Shown in pieces: positions 13,080 through 25,274 of a stretch of DNA of 64,000 nt. Position numbers and translations under genes: made by a program. Each line of letters opens with the position of its first letter. Positions within the stretch are counted from its first letter, which is position 1. The notes under the pieces were generated by a model. It worked only from the letters and a program-made list of their open reading frames with translations. It was not told where the DNA came from and made no database searches. Source of the DNA: Cetorhinus maximus (Eukaryota); assembly GCF_964194155.1 (NCBI RefSeq), contig NC_135891.1, forward strand, positions 1,984,001 through 2,048,000, given 5' to 3'.

Positions 13080-13680
13080 AAGCATATGGAATCTTGAGTA
13101 CAAAAGCAGGGAAGTGATACTGAACCTTTATAAAGCCCTGGTTCAGCCACAATTAGAGTATTGTGTCCAGTTCTGGTCACCACACTTTAGGAAGGATGGG
13201 AGGGTCCTTGAGAGGGTGCGGAGGGAATTTACCAGAATGGTTCCAGGGATGAGGGATTTTAGCTACAAGGTTGGGTTGGAGAAGCTGGGGTTGTTCTCCT
13301 TGGAGCGAAGGAGGTTGAGGAGGGATCTGATCGAGGTGTACAAGATTATGACAAGTTTAGATAAGGTAGACAAAGAAAAACTGTTCCCATTGGCTGATGG
13401 CACAAGGACTAGGAGACACAGGTTTAATATTTTGGGCAGGAGAAGCAGGGGGAATATGGGAAAGGACCTTTTTACACAGTGGGTGGTAATGACCTGGAAC
13501 TCGCTGCTCACAAGAGGGGTGGAAGTGGAGATGATGAATGATTTCAAAAGGAAATTGGATGAGCACTTGAGGGAGGTAAGCTTGCAGGGCTACGGGGATA
13601 GAGCAGGGGAATGGGCCTGACTGTATTACTCTACAGAGTAGGCTGAATGTCCTTCTGTGCCATTATGACCATGACTGTGT
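13080..13680 (+). mobile_element. CR1 LINE 3' fragment
   Basis: LYKALVQPQLEYCVQFWSP...LERV...LGLFSLERRRLRRDLIEVYKI. Confidence 0.92.
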
Positions 13681-15576
13681 GAAAGTTCAGAAGATTCTGC
13701 AAGAAAGGGTGTGAAATAAGGATACAGCTATTATACATTGGTAGGTTGGGAGCAAGGAGAGAAGACAGGCAGAAAGAACATCGTACAGAAGCTAACAAGG
13801 TTGTGGGACAGAGATTCTAAGGGGGAACATTGAAGAGCAAGTGTAATTAGTTCGACAACAATGATTCAGGAGAGGGACAGGATTGAGGATATGGTAAGCG
13901 GGTCAGTAAGACACTTACTGTCTCGTCTTGTCCAGAACAGTAGAACTACATGTCACAGCCTGAGCTTAAAGGAGGTAAATACAAAACCAATCTGTGGAGT
14001 AAGCGAGTGGTCAATGTCTGGAACAGGGCCCCTACAGAAGCAGTGGAAGTGGTTATTGAAATGCAAATAGGATGAATTCCATTCGAATGCAGTGATTTAA
14101 GACATGACATGGTAAGTGGAGCATGCTTGGGAGAAACAGGTGACTTTGGGCCTGTGGTTCCCAAAGCTGACCCCCAGTGAGGGTGTCCCTCATCTCATGT
14201 TTGGGTCCGATATGGAGTAATCAATAGAGATTGATCACTCTGATTAGTCTGTGTGAATCCATGTGATTACCAGGATAGTAGAAGGTGAACTAGATGGACT
14301 GTGGTTCTAATTTTGTCTCGCAGTTCCTAGATTCTGATGTTGCAATGCATTTGAAAGCTGTCAGAAGCATCAGCCAAATGGGTCTTTATGGTGCTAAAAT
14401 TTCTAAAATTCCCATGTTGTGTACCTGGTGATGGAGTTCCCGCATTGGTTATCCTTAATTTCCTAGCCAAACGCCCCGAGACTGTTAGAATCACAGTGGA
14501 AATCCAGGTCTCTATGTTATATCATTAAAATCTTACAGCTTGGAAGGAGACCATTCAGCCTATCATGTCTGTGCTGGCTCATTGAAAGAGCTGTAGTCCT
14601 GCAAATTCTTTCTCTTTGGAAACTACTATTGAACCGCAGTGGATTCCAGTCCATTATCATTATATTATGAATTTCATATTTGAACTGCAATTTGCTTGTG
14701 CAGAATCTCTCTGTAAATGAGTCAGCAGCAATGGTAAAATGGAGTCTTTTAAGCAGTGCGGAGGCATGGCTGTGTTGTAATGTATTTTGTTGGGCTGTTA
14801 TTCTGGTAAAACATGACTCTCATTGATGAAGCCTCCATGAAGCAGCTTCCTACTGCCCATACTGACAGTAAGAGTGGTAAAATTGTAATATGGACTAATG
14901 TGGGAGTGGAGGTGGGGGGAGTCCATATTCTAGTTGCCTCCCTGGGAAAGCTCATATCACAATCATTATCATAATCAACAAACTCTTAATCCAGCTTTGT
15001 GATAATGACTTCATAGTGACTACAGAAAGATTGACCAAACTGAGAGTGTTAACCAGTATTGATCTAGATATAGTCCTCAACTCCATTCCCAATCATAATG
15101 AAACTGTTCTCAGTTGAATGACTGATCTGCATCCCACTGAGATTGTAAATTCAAGAAATTAAAGGCTGTCACTTTTTGTAAGTCACGTGTACTGTAAGTT
15201 TTACATTTCGAGCTTTACTGTTTAAATTATTGTTTAGAGAGGGCTGGTGATTAACCCTTAACAACAACAACTTACATTTATATAACATCATTAATGTAAT
15301 GAAACATCCCAAGATGCTTCACAGGAGCATTATGAAACAAAATATGACACTTCAGCGCCACACTGTCCGCCACAAAAGTTCAGTAATCGCTAATTCACAA
15401 GCTGCCTTGATGGAATCTCTGACACAGGAGACAGTTTGAAATGTGCAAATCTTCTGTGCTTCAATTGAAATTTTCTCTGTGATATCACCAGTTATTCTTC
15501 ACAATGAAACAATTTGTTGAGTTGATGCTTGTTTTGTTGTGTGTTTGCATGTGTGCGTGTGTGTGTGATTGTGTAT

Positions 15577-15762
15577 NNNNNNNNNNNNNNNNNNNNNNNN
15601 NNNNNNNNNNNNNNNNNNNNNNNNNNNNNNNNNNNNNNNNNNNNNNNNNNNNNNNNNNNNNNNNNNNNNNNNNNNNNNNNNNNNNNNNNNNNNNNNNNNN
15701 NNNNNNNNNNNNNNNNNNNNNNNNNNNNNNNNNNNNNNNNNNNNNNNNNNNNNNNNNNNNNN
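15577..15762. other. Assembly gap (186 N) flanked by GT-rich microsatellite
   Basis: N run with (GT)n-like sequence on both sides. Confidence 0.99.
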
Positions 15763-16266
15763 ATGGTGTGTGCGTGTTTGTGTGAGAAGGTGGGATCGCC
15801 CTGACATTATATCACATGCCCTTTCCCGATGACATTTGTGGTCTGCTTCTCTCATCTTGTATTTATTTTTTTAATGAAGCATTTCTTCATTCACCCATTG
15901 TGATTAATATAAGAAACGTGTGCGAGAATCCTCACAAATTGTGACTCAAACCTCCCATTTGATTAGTGGTTGGAGGGAAGTTGTTCATTCTTGCTGCATA
16001 AACCAGTAATTACCCTGCTCTTTAATGAACTCCAGTTATTGATTCAGTTATTTAAGATTAGGTAATCTTGCCTAAGTGTTTAGTGAGTTTGTATTATGGA
16101 GAAAATGATGAATCGGCTGCCTCAGTGCGTCAGTTAGCAAGTGCATAGCTACTTGCAATTCTCAGCCACCCATGGAGCAGGGAAGTCTTAACGTTAATTC
16201 TCTGAAACTTTGTCTATTTGACGTTCCTCAAATGCTGATTTTTTTTTTGTTTTTCTTCCGTTTCAG

Positions 16267-16332
16267 TTTGATGGGGACAATATGTATATGAGTCTGACCG
16301 ATGCCAACCAGGATTACCTGCCTGCCAATCAG
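16267..16332 (+). CDS. TOX2: TOX2 coding exon 2 (FDGDNMYMSLTDANQDYLPANQ), phase 0/0
   Basis: Long polypyrimidine tract and tttcag acceptor; 66 nt; CAG|gtacgt donor. The peptide matches the TOX-family exon-2 peptide (FDGENMYMSMTEPSQDY in TOX; FDGDSAYVGMSDGN in TOX2) and is in frame with exon 3. Confidence 0.9.
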
Positions 16333-16937
16333 GTACGTGAACAGAGGCTTGAATCCCCTTGTTTCTTTCATGTATAAAGAATGCAAATGGTAGAAATCTA
16401 GATGCTTTGTGCCTATTTTTTTTGGAAGTGTACGTTGTACCAATTTAGCAGTGACACAGTTGACATCCAATCTATGCAGTAATAGGTCCAGCTGAATTCA
16501 CGGGGCTGACATTTAGGTGAACCGACATCTTCCTAAAACAGGTGTAAGAATGTGAATCAGGGCCTCGCGCCCATTAAAGAAACCCACTTCAAAACTGGTC
16601 GATGATGAGCAAGGCGAGAGTTGGATCTCCTGTGCTCAGGATTCCTCAGTAGCCCACGTGGCTTTCAATAACAGGTAGTTAAAACATTTAAAAATATAAA
16701 ACAGGCACTCCCCGTGGAGCCAGGAGGAACAGAGCAGTGATTGCCACCCTTCCCCATCCAGTAACACCCCGCTCAGGACTCCCCGAGAGCCGGGTAGGGA
16801 GGCTGCCTGACATCAATGTCTTTGCTTAGCCGAGAGATCTGAGGATCAATTTGCCCCACTCGGTGGGCCTGTCGTTTTAAGCACTCGCTCACCAATTTAA
16901 CTTCTAGGCCCAGGAATTGAGAGCCTTCATCTCTTGA

Positions 16938-17266
16938 TAGGGTTGCCAACCCTCCAGGAATGCCCTGGAGTCTCCAGGGATTAAAGATTAATTCCAGGAA
17001 CGGCAAACCCGGGGAGGAAAATCATTGACTGGGCACTAAAGAAAAGGACATTTGTTCACCTTTGAACAACTCTGCCCACTCTTTATACATCAAAAAAGGT
17101 TGATTGACGGTCAAAAATCATCCAATCAGCCAACCAATTAATCTGTTCACTTTCCAAGTGGCCAAGGAAGGGAGGCTGGGTGACCAATAGCAGGAGGGGA
17201 ACTTGGAGGTGGGAGGTCATGTGATGACATCACCAGGGGTCCATGCAAGCAGAGTTGGCAACCCTA
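16938..17266. mobile_element. Non-autonomous hAT-superfamily element (329 bp)
   Basis: Perfect 13-bp TIR TAGGGTTGCCAAC / GTTGGCAACCCTA; 8-bp TSD TCTCTTGA / TCTCTAGA (7 of 8 match). Confidence 0.88.
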
Positions 17267-19244
17267 TCTCTAGACTGTCATGGTGACCATAAAACTATCA
17301 TCGATTGTCATAAAAAACCCCTTCTGGTTCACTAATGCCCTTTAGGGGAGGAAATCTGCCGTCCTTACCTGGTCTGGCCTACATGTGACTCCAGACCCAC
17401 AGCAATGTGGTCGACTCTTATCCATTGTCTGAAATGGCCTGGCAAGCCACTCAGCTCAAGGGCAACTAAGGATGGGCACCAAATGTCGCGGCCCACGTCC
17501 CCATGAAAGAATAAAGAAAAGGTGGTATCCTGATCTCAGTTACTCTGTCCCACACGGTGGGAAGGTGAAGGGTTGCACAAGAAACGAACAAATAACCAGT
17601 ACATCTAAAAACATAAATTTCACCCCAACTTGGCAAATTGCTGCAGGCGACAACAACATGTCCCCCTAAGGGCTCAGGTTCATTAAAACTGCTCCAACCT
17701 CTTTCACTGTGCTGATGGATCAGGTAAAACAGTATGACAACAGTATCGGCAATACGTCTCCAAGCGACTGGTGCTGTCATGGCCCTGTGCTTGGCAAATG
17801 TACAAGCTGCATTTGTATAGTGCCTTTAACGTGAAGAAGTGGAATGATAAACCCCACGGGGAGGTAGCAAATAGGACAAGAGGAATCATGAAACAAGTTG
17901 GAAGTGAACAGCAGGCAGGCTGATTGGAGGTAACTTCCCCAGCACTTGTCAGTCGGCGTCAGGGATTGTGGAGCTTGTGTTGTTTTGAATCTGAAGCAAA
18001 CAATAAGCAATGTTGGGAGGATTTAGCTCACCCCCCACCCCCGATTCGACCCTTTGTCTGCATGTTTGACCTGGATGCCAGGTCAACTAAATGCACCATT
18101 AGACCTCACCCCAGTCTCTCAACCTTAGCTGTACCAAAAGGAACCTGCGCACTACCTGTCCGCAATTTTAAAAAGGTACATTTTTGCGAATTAGCAGAAA
18201 AGTTTGAGAAAACAGGGAGATAGATATTGCAAACCAACAACCACAGCCGACCCCCTGAATAATGGCACCATCTTCAGGATAAAGCACAGTCAACTGCCTG
18301 GTATACAGCAACACCCCACCCCGTCACCCCTCCCCCTTCCACTGTCTGCACCCCGCCCCCCACGGGACAGGAAGCACCGAAAATGGCTCTTCAAAAGGCC
18401 TGACACCATTGTGCACAAAATGGACAATAAAATCTGGGTCAACGGCAGCCAGTGAGGCTCATCAATTATTCCTGTGACCTGGCTGCGTCTTCTCTCAACT
18501 CATTGAGCAATTCGACAAAAAATATTAGGTCAGCTATCTTTACTTTGGAAAGTAAGAGCAACTCCGAACCTTTATTCTCTCGACCCCGACAAACACACCC
18601 AGCAATCTGATTAGCGTTGCCCCCGTATCACTGGCCGGAGGTTTACCGTCCCTTCTCATTCCTTTTGACCTCTCCCTTCGGCGGCCCCACTCTCCTCTGC
18701 AGTCAACCTTCAACGCACTGCTCTCTCCTCTTCCCATTCATGTTATAGAAGGAGGCCATTCGGCCCACGGAGCCTGTGCTGGCTCCTTCACAAAGCTATC
18801 CCATTAGTCCCACTCCCCTTGTTGTTTCCCTATTGCTCTGCAAAGGTCTCTCCACTCAGTTATTTGTTCAATTCCCTTTTCTAGGATATTACTGAATCCA
18901 TTTCCATCTTTCAGGCTACGTCCCAAAAGAAATCAACGTTGAATTTTCTCCAATGGTTGCTCCTCCCATGACCACATGTTGGCCATCTACTTGACTCTAC
19001 CCTTGGTGCCCTCATCCCCCTCAGCAATATATCATCATTCAGAAACACTTGGCCGTGGGTGTGATTGGGGTAAAGGTGGTTGTCTGAATTGTCCTGTCCC
19101 CGGCACATCACAGTCTAGCCTCACACATGCAGAGTGGATACATGGCTGAGTTACTGGAGGGAAGCCTAGATTCTGCTGAACCCTATCGGTTAAAATTATT
19201 GCCAACCTTTTACCTTCACGGACACATTTATAATAACAATAAAT

Positions 19245-19470
19245 AATAAAAACCAAAAATTCTGGAAAAGCTCAGCAGGTCTGGCAGCCTCTGTGAAGAG
19301 AGAAACAGAGTTAACATTTCGAATTCTTCAGCTCTGAAGAAGAGTCATGCGGACTCGAAACGTTAACTCTGTTTCTCTCTCCACAGAGGCTGCCAGACCT
19401 GCTGAGTTTTTCCAGCAATTTCTGTTTTTATTTCAGATACCCAGCCTCCGCAGTATTTTCCTTTTATCTT
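19245..19470. mobile_element. Penelope-like (PLE) derived palindromic element
   Basis: ~61-bp inverted arms (19262-19322 / 19355-19415). Arm sequence is related to the repeat at 785-875. Confidence 0.7.
19334..19371 (+). ncRNA. Minimal type-I hammerhead ribozyme-like core
   Basis: CTGAAGA-A-GAGTC(ATGCG)GACTC-GAAA-CG-TT-AACTCTG: conserved CUGANGA and GAAA boxes, perfect 5-bp stem II, palindromic ACGU helix III, GUU cleavage triplet. Local stem I is degenerate. Confidence 0.6.
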
Positions 19471-19999
19471 AGGACATATCTGAATTTGTGTTTTATCATT
19501 AACAAGCGGAACATTGTCCTGGTGCAGATTATGGTGCCCTGTGATATGAGTCAGTAAACACACCCACCCTCACTGTAACTAGCTTCTCAACCAATGCACA
19601 GGGAGCCCGGGGATTAAATAGAAATGGTATCATCTTTAGCAGCCAATCAAATCTTTGTGAACCTTTGACCCCTGAAATGACTGAGTCGTGTAATGAAATA
19701 TGACATTTTGAAAAAAGAAGGGAGCTTGACTGTATCAGAAGTGACATCTGATCAAATTAAGGTGAACTTTTAACCTCCCCAAAAAACTTGCAGCCATATA
19801 AGTGGATCGGAGGCAGCACACAATGTAGCCTGGTCACCATGACAGAAATGTCAAGCTGAGAAGCTTACCCTATATCCATTCCAACTGATCCAAACAAAAT
19901 GAGCTTTCATCTGTGATGCTGTCATCAATTCTATATTTAGTCGCAAAATTGTCTTTCCTTCCTCCCTCAATACAATGTTGTTCTGAGCTCAGAAACACT

Positions 20000-22560
20000 A
20001 TTTAAGAAGGGTGGGAGAGATAAAGCAGGAATTTATAGACCTATTAGTTTAACATCTGTTGTGAGGAACTTACGAGAATCTGTTATGAGGGACAGAGTGA
20101 ATTATCACTTGGATAAATATGAGCTGACAGGAGGGAGACAGCAGAGATTTGCAAAGAGTAAGTCAAGCCAAACTCACCTCGTTGAATAATTTGAGGAGGT
20201 CAGTAATGTGCTCAATAGCAGAGTGTCTGTGGATGTTATTTATATGGACCACCAGCAGGCACTTGATAAATTTCTCTTGAGGCTGAAAATCAGACTGAGA
20301 CACAGGGCAACATATTTCTAACCTTAAACTAGAGCCAGACTGTTCAGGGGCAGAACCTGTTATTAAGGAAGTGTTACCAATGCACTTAGGGCAGCATTTT
20401 CCCTTTGTCGGGGGTGTGTTCGGGAGCGGCCACGAAACAGACGGCCGCTCGCGATCGGGCCCTGACCGCGATTTCATGCTGGCTGTCCAATTACCGGCCA
20501 GCCCGTGTTGAAAGGTGCGTTGAAATGCTCAGCGCTGGCAGGGTGGGGGCGGGAGGAGGGCGAGCGTGGAAGTCTGCGCGCGTGTGGGGTAGCACGCGCT
20601 GACCTGAGGGCACAGAGCTGCCTCAGGGAGCTGAAGAATTGGACATTGACCAATAAAGATTCTACAAATGATATAAACATGTCCCCACATGTGACTCAGT
20701 CACATGAAAAGGGACATGTTAAAGATGATGTTGAAAATGTTTTATTTTTTTTCCAATTACTGCCGAAAACCTTATCCCGCACATGGACGAGGTTTCATAA
20801 AAAACCCAAAGGCCGCCTGGTCAATTCGCCCGCCCGCCAACTGTAAGGTTGGATGAGCAGCGAAAAATAGGGTTCAGTTATTTGGTTAAGGGCCTTAACG
20901 GGCCTCTTAATTGTCGGCGGGCGCGCTGCTGACTCTCGTGCACGCCTGCCGACCAAAATATCGCGCGAGTGCGCGGTGACATCGGGACGCTCGCCCGACG
21001 TCATCACAAGAGTTTTTACGCCCGATTGGGTCGGGCACGCACCCGCCCGACAGACACAAAATCCTGCCCTGAGAGTTCGATCAGACAGAGTTAACATCGT
21101 TTTAGGAAAGGGAAATTGTGTTTGACAACTTTTTTTTAGAGTTTTTTAAAGATATAACTAGTAGGGTAGATAAAGGGGAACCAGTAGATGTAGCATACTT
21201 GGTTTTTCAAAAGACATTCACTAAGGTGTCACAAAAAAGGTTATTACACAAGATAAGGGCTCATAGAGTTGGGGTAATACATTGGCATGGATAGAGGATT
21301 GGTTAACTGACAGGAAGCAGGGAGTAGGGATAAATGGGCTGTCAGGCTGCGACTAGTGGAGGACCACAAGGATCAGTGCTGGGGCCTCAGCTATTTACAA
21401 CCTATATTAATGACTTAGACAAAGAGACCGAGAGTAATGAATCTGGTTTGCTGACAATACCAAGCTGGATGAGAATGTAAGCTGTGGGGAGGACACAGAG
21501 AGGCTGCAAAGAGATATTGACAGGTTAAAATGAATGGGAAACAAGATGACAGATGGAGAATAATGCAGGGAAGTGTGAGGTTATTCACTTTGGTAGTAAG
21601 AACAGAAAAGCAGAATATTTTTTTAAAAGGCGTGAAACCTATAAATATTGATGTGTAGAGAGACTTGGGTGTACAGTAATCAAACAAGGAACAACAAAAG
21701 TATGTGGGTGCAGCTATTAATTAGGGAGGCAAATGGCATGTTGGGCTTTATTGCAAGGGGATTGGAGTACAGGAGTAAAGAAGTCTTGCTATAATTCTAC
21801 AGAGTTTGATGAAGCCACACCTGGAATACTGTGTGCAGTTTTGGCCTCCATGTTTAAGGAAGGATTTCTTTGCATTGGAGGCAGTGCAGCAAAGGTTCAC
21901 TACATTGGTCCCTGGGATGAGGGGGCTGTTCTGTGATGAGGGGCTGAGTAAATTCTATACTTTCTGGAGTTTAGAAGAATGAGAGGTGATCTCATTGAAA
22001 TATACAAAGTTCTGGAGGGGCTTGACAAGGTAAACACTGAGAGGTTGTTTTCTCTGATTGGTGTATCCAGGACACAGGGGGCACAGTGTGAGGATAAAGG
22101 ACCGATTGTTTAGGACCAAGAGGAGAAATTACTTCACTCAATGGCTTGTGAACCTTTGGAATTCTCTACCCTGTTGTGGATGCTCCATCATTTAACTGAT
22201 AGATTTTTGAACTCTCCGGGAATCAAGGGAAATGGGGAGTAGGCAGGAAAGTGGCATTGAGGTAGAAGAACAGCCATGATTGTACTGAATGTCGGAGATG
22301 CCAAATGATCCACTCCAGCAACTATTTTTAATGTTTTTATCAGAAAGCATTTCTCCTCACAAAGGACAGTGAAAATCTGGAACTCTCTCCATCCCAATTG
22401 AAAATTTCATGACTGAGATCGATTGCTTTTTATTGGGTAAGGGGATTGAGGGCCACAGAGCCAAGGAAGATAAATGCAATTAAGATATACATCAGACACG
22501 ATCTAAATGAATGGCGGACAGGCTCGAGGGGTTGAATGGTCTCCGCCTGCTCCTACATTC
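20000..22560 (+). mobile_element. Decayed CR1 ORF2 fragments spanning the MITE at 20389-21069
   Basis: NYRPISLTSVV, CLT.FLEFF, FQK.F.KV, QGSVLGP.LF, LEYCVQFW-like blocks and CR1 3'UTR. Confidence 0.8.
20389..21069 (-). mobile_element. Harbinger MITE related to the 44.5-kb element
   Basis: TIRs GGGCAGCATTTT / AAAATCCTGCCC; flanks TTA/TGA. The right ~250 bp is the reverse complement of sequence homologous to 44520-44800. Confidence 0.85.
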
Positions 22561-23183
22561 CGAGAAGATAGTGTCTTCTTGAGGGGGTATATTCCACCTG
22601 GGCTGGATACCCTTCAATTTCTCATCCAAAAGCCCATTCTCGATATGTGACATTTTGTGTTTGTGGGTTATTGAGCTGTGGAGGTACCACATGCCCAACC
22701 CTCAACATCCCAACTAGAAGCCATTTTATAGTTCTCAGGAGCAGAAACCGTGGCTAATGATTTATGAATGGCAGAGCCCACATGAGGAGCCTATTCCTAC
22801 TCTCATGTCTTATGTTCTAATTATTTCCATCACTCTGTTGCCCAGTTCGTATTCAGACCGGGAAGAAACCTGGCCCTTTGCATTCTGTGTGGGTGAGCAA
22901 GCATGGGCAGAGGTCCAGATGCTGTTGCTATACCAACTGCACTCGAGTATGGGAAGCTAGTACTCCAGCATCTGCACAAACTCCTCCTCTGTCTTTGCTG
23001 GAGGGGGAGGGGGCAGTGCCCCAGGATTTGAGTTCATAGATTGTGTCCCTGTACAAGAACGAGGGCGAGTTCAGTGATTGCAACAACTGTCGAGCTTAAG
23101 CACCATGGGAAATATATTTGCCCCTGTTGCCCTTGTCAGACAGCAGATCAGATCTGAATGTGTTTGCTCTGAATTCCAGTGTG

Positions 23184-23297
23184 GGACGTGATTTTCCAGT
23201 CCTGCTGAGCGTCAATTGGTTTTTTGCATCCTCTCCAAATTTTACAGTCCCACCTGCAATGTTTCCCACCGCAGATGGGACAGGAAAATCCCAGCCC
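23184..23297. mobile_element. ~115-bp MITE with Harbinger-like TIRs
   Basis: GATTTTCCAGTCC ... GGACAGGAAAATCCCAGCCC. Confidence 0.55.
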
Positions 23298-23324
23298 TGG
23301 TTTCAGGACTGGAAGATCCACAAT

Positions 23325-24735
23325 TGACCTGATGATCTCAGTCTGGCAGCTGGAAGAGTAATGTAGTGAACAAAGGTGACCACTATATATCGCCTTCATC
23401 GATCTCACCAAGGCATTGAACCATGTAAGAAGAGGGTGGTCTATTTAAGCTGCTGAAGGACATTGGGTTCCTGCTGAAGCTGCTCAATGTGATCTTCTCT
23501 TTCCATTACAACATGATGGGTAGGGTCAGCTATGACAGCGCAGCATCGGAACCGTTTGAAATCCATGGTGGGGCCAAACAGGGTTGCATTCTGGCGCTGA
23601 CACTCTTTGGCATATTCTTCTCTTTGCTGCTGTTATATGCCTTCAGTTTATTTACAGAGGGTGTCTACTTACAAACCAGAACTGATGGGAAGCTGTTCAA
23701 ACAGCCTGAGATCCAAGGCAGAAGTGCACCAAGTCCTCATCAGAGAGTTGCTCTGCCCTGATGATGCGGCACAAACATTCCACACTGAGGAACACCTGCA
23801 GCGACAAGTGGACACACCTGTCAAGAGTTTCATTTGGTCATCAGCATCAGGAAGACAAATGTCATTGTCCAGGATGTCACCATATCACCATCAATCAGCA
23901 TTGACAATGTGATGCTGGAGGCTGTTGATAGTTTCACATATCTAGGCTCCACAATAACCAGCAGTCTGTTACTTGATGCTGAAATCAATGCAAAAGCTGC
24001 AGCTGTTCTTTCCCGAGCTGAGTAAGTGTGAGGAACGACAGCAACCTGAGTGAGAACACCAAACTGCCAGCCTACCAAGCCTGCACCCTCAGTGCACCCC
24101 TCTGCAATGGTGGGACCTGGACCACATACTCCAGGCAGGAAGAAAGGCTGAACAGTTTCCACCTTCGCTGTCTCCGATGTATTCTCAGCGACTCTTGGCA
24201 GGATGAGGTCACCAACTCAGAGGTCATGCTAACTCCATCAGCGTACGCTCATTGCTAAACCAGCGATGACTGAGCTGGCTCAGCCACGATCATTGGATGG
24301 ATGTCGGCTGTCTACCCAGAGACCTTCTGTACGGGGAACTGGCCACATGGTCACAACTTCATGGGTGTCCAGATCTCTGCTACAGGAACACCTGCAAATG
24401 AGATATTGACACTGACATCTGGGAGACAGCCACTGATGGTCGTGGCCTCTGGAAGCTGACTGTTTAGAAGAATTTTAGAACCATAGATCCATGGCAAAGT
24501 CATGGTGCAGAAAGAGGCCATTCAGTCCATCATGGCTGATGAGCAAAACACAAAGCTCAGCTGGCTGAGAAGAGGGCCCAGAGAAAACAGAGGCTGTTGA
24601 ACCCTGCACCTTCTCAGTCTACTGTCTTCTTCAGCAGGGAATGCAGCAGAGACTGCCAAGCCAGAGTGGGGCTCCTGAACCACACCAGGGAATGTTGAAC
24701 ACAGAATTGACCAGCACGGGCACACACTGAGGGCT
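23325..24735 (+). mobile_element. RTE-clade LINE fragment (RT to C-terminal Cys/His motif), decayed
   Basis: YIAFIDLTKA, GAKQGCILALTLFGIFFSLL, RELLCPDDAA, FTYLGSTI, LNSFHLRCLRCIL, LLYGEL, CSRDCQARVGLLNH; many frameshifts. Confidence 0.88.
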
Positions 24736-25274
24736 GCCACAGAGGGTTATTGGCACAGCGAAACACTGACTCAACTGGCAAGTCAAGAGTGTGTCGCAAA
24801 GTCAATGAGCTGCTTCTACCTGAGCAGCAGAATCTGTTGAATGTGCCCTAGGGCCCTGACACACTGGTACACAAAGCGGAGGAATAGAAAACATTACAAA
24901 AACACAAGACTATGAGACTGTGAACAGGACAAACAGAGGGAACGCAGAATGGGATATTCAGTTCTAAGCTCCTTTTATCTGTTTTCAGTGTTGAACAAAA
25001 CACAGTTTCTGCCCAGAGGGTCCATGTTATTTTCAGGAAACCATTCTTTGAAATGTCAAATGTCAGTTTAAAAGACAATATCCATTTCTCATTCGGCTTA
25101 TGTCATGCTTTTCAAAACAAACACAAAACAATCTAATCTTCTACACAACATGGCATTTTAATTATTATTGCCCATGTCTGTCTGTGCTGTTTTTAAAAAT
25201 CGCCTGGCCATAGTGCAGGACAATGGGAAGGAAGAAAGCAGTGAAGGAGGGACCGAAACTTCTGGATTGTAGTT

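Noticed and set aside
13114-13620. 168-aa ORF (and 39668-40195, 61981-62556) as host genes
   Set aside because: They are C-terminal fragments of LINE ORF2.
15499-15855. ORFs spanning X runs
   Set aside because: Artefacts of the N gap.
1-16266. TOX2 exon 1 (MDVR...) and HMG-box exons
   Set aside because: Not found in the window; they presumably lie upstream and downstream of it.
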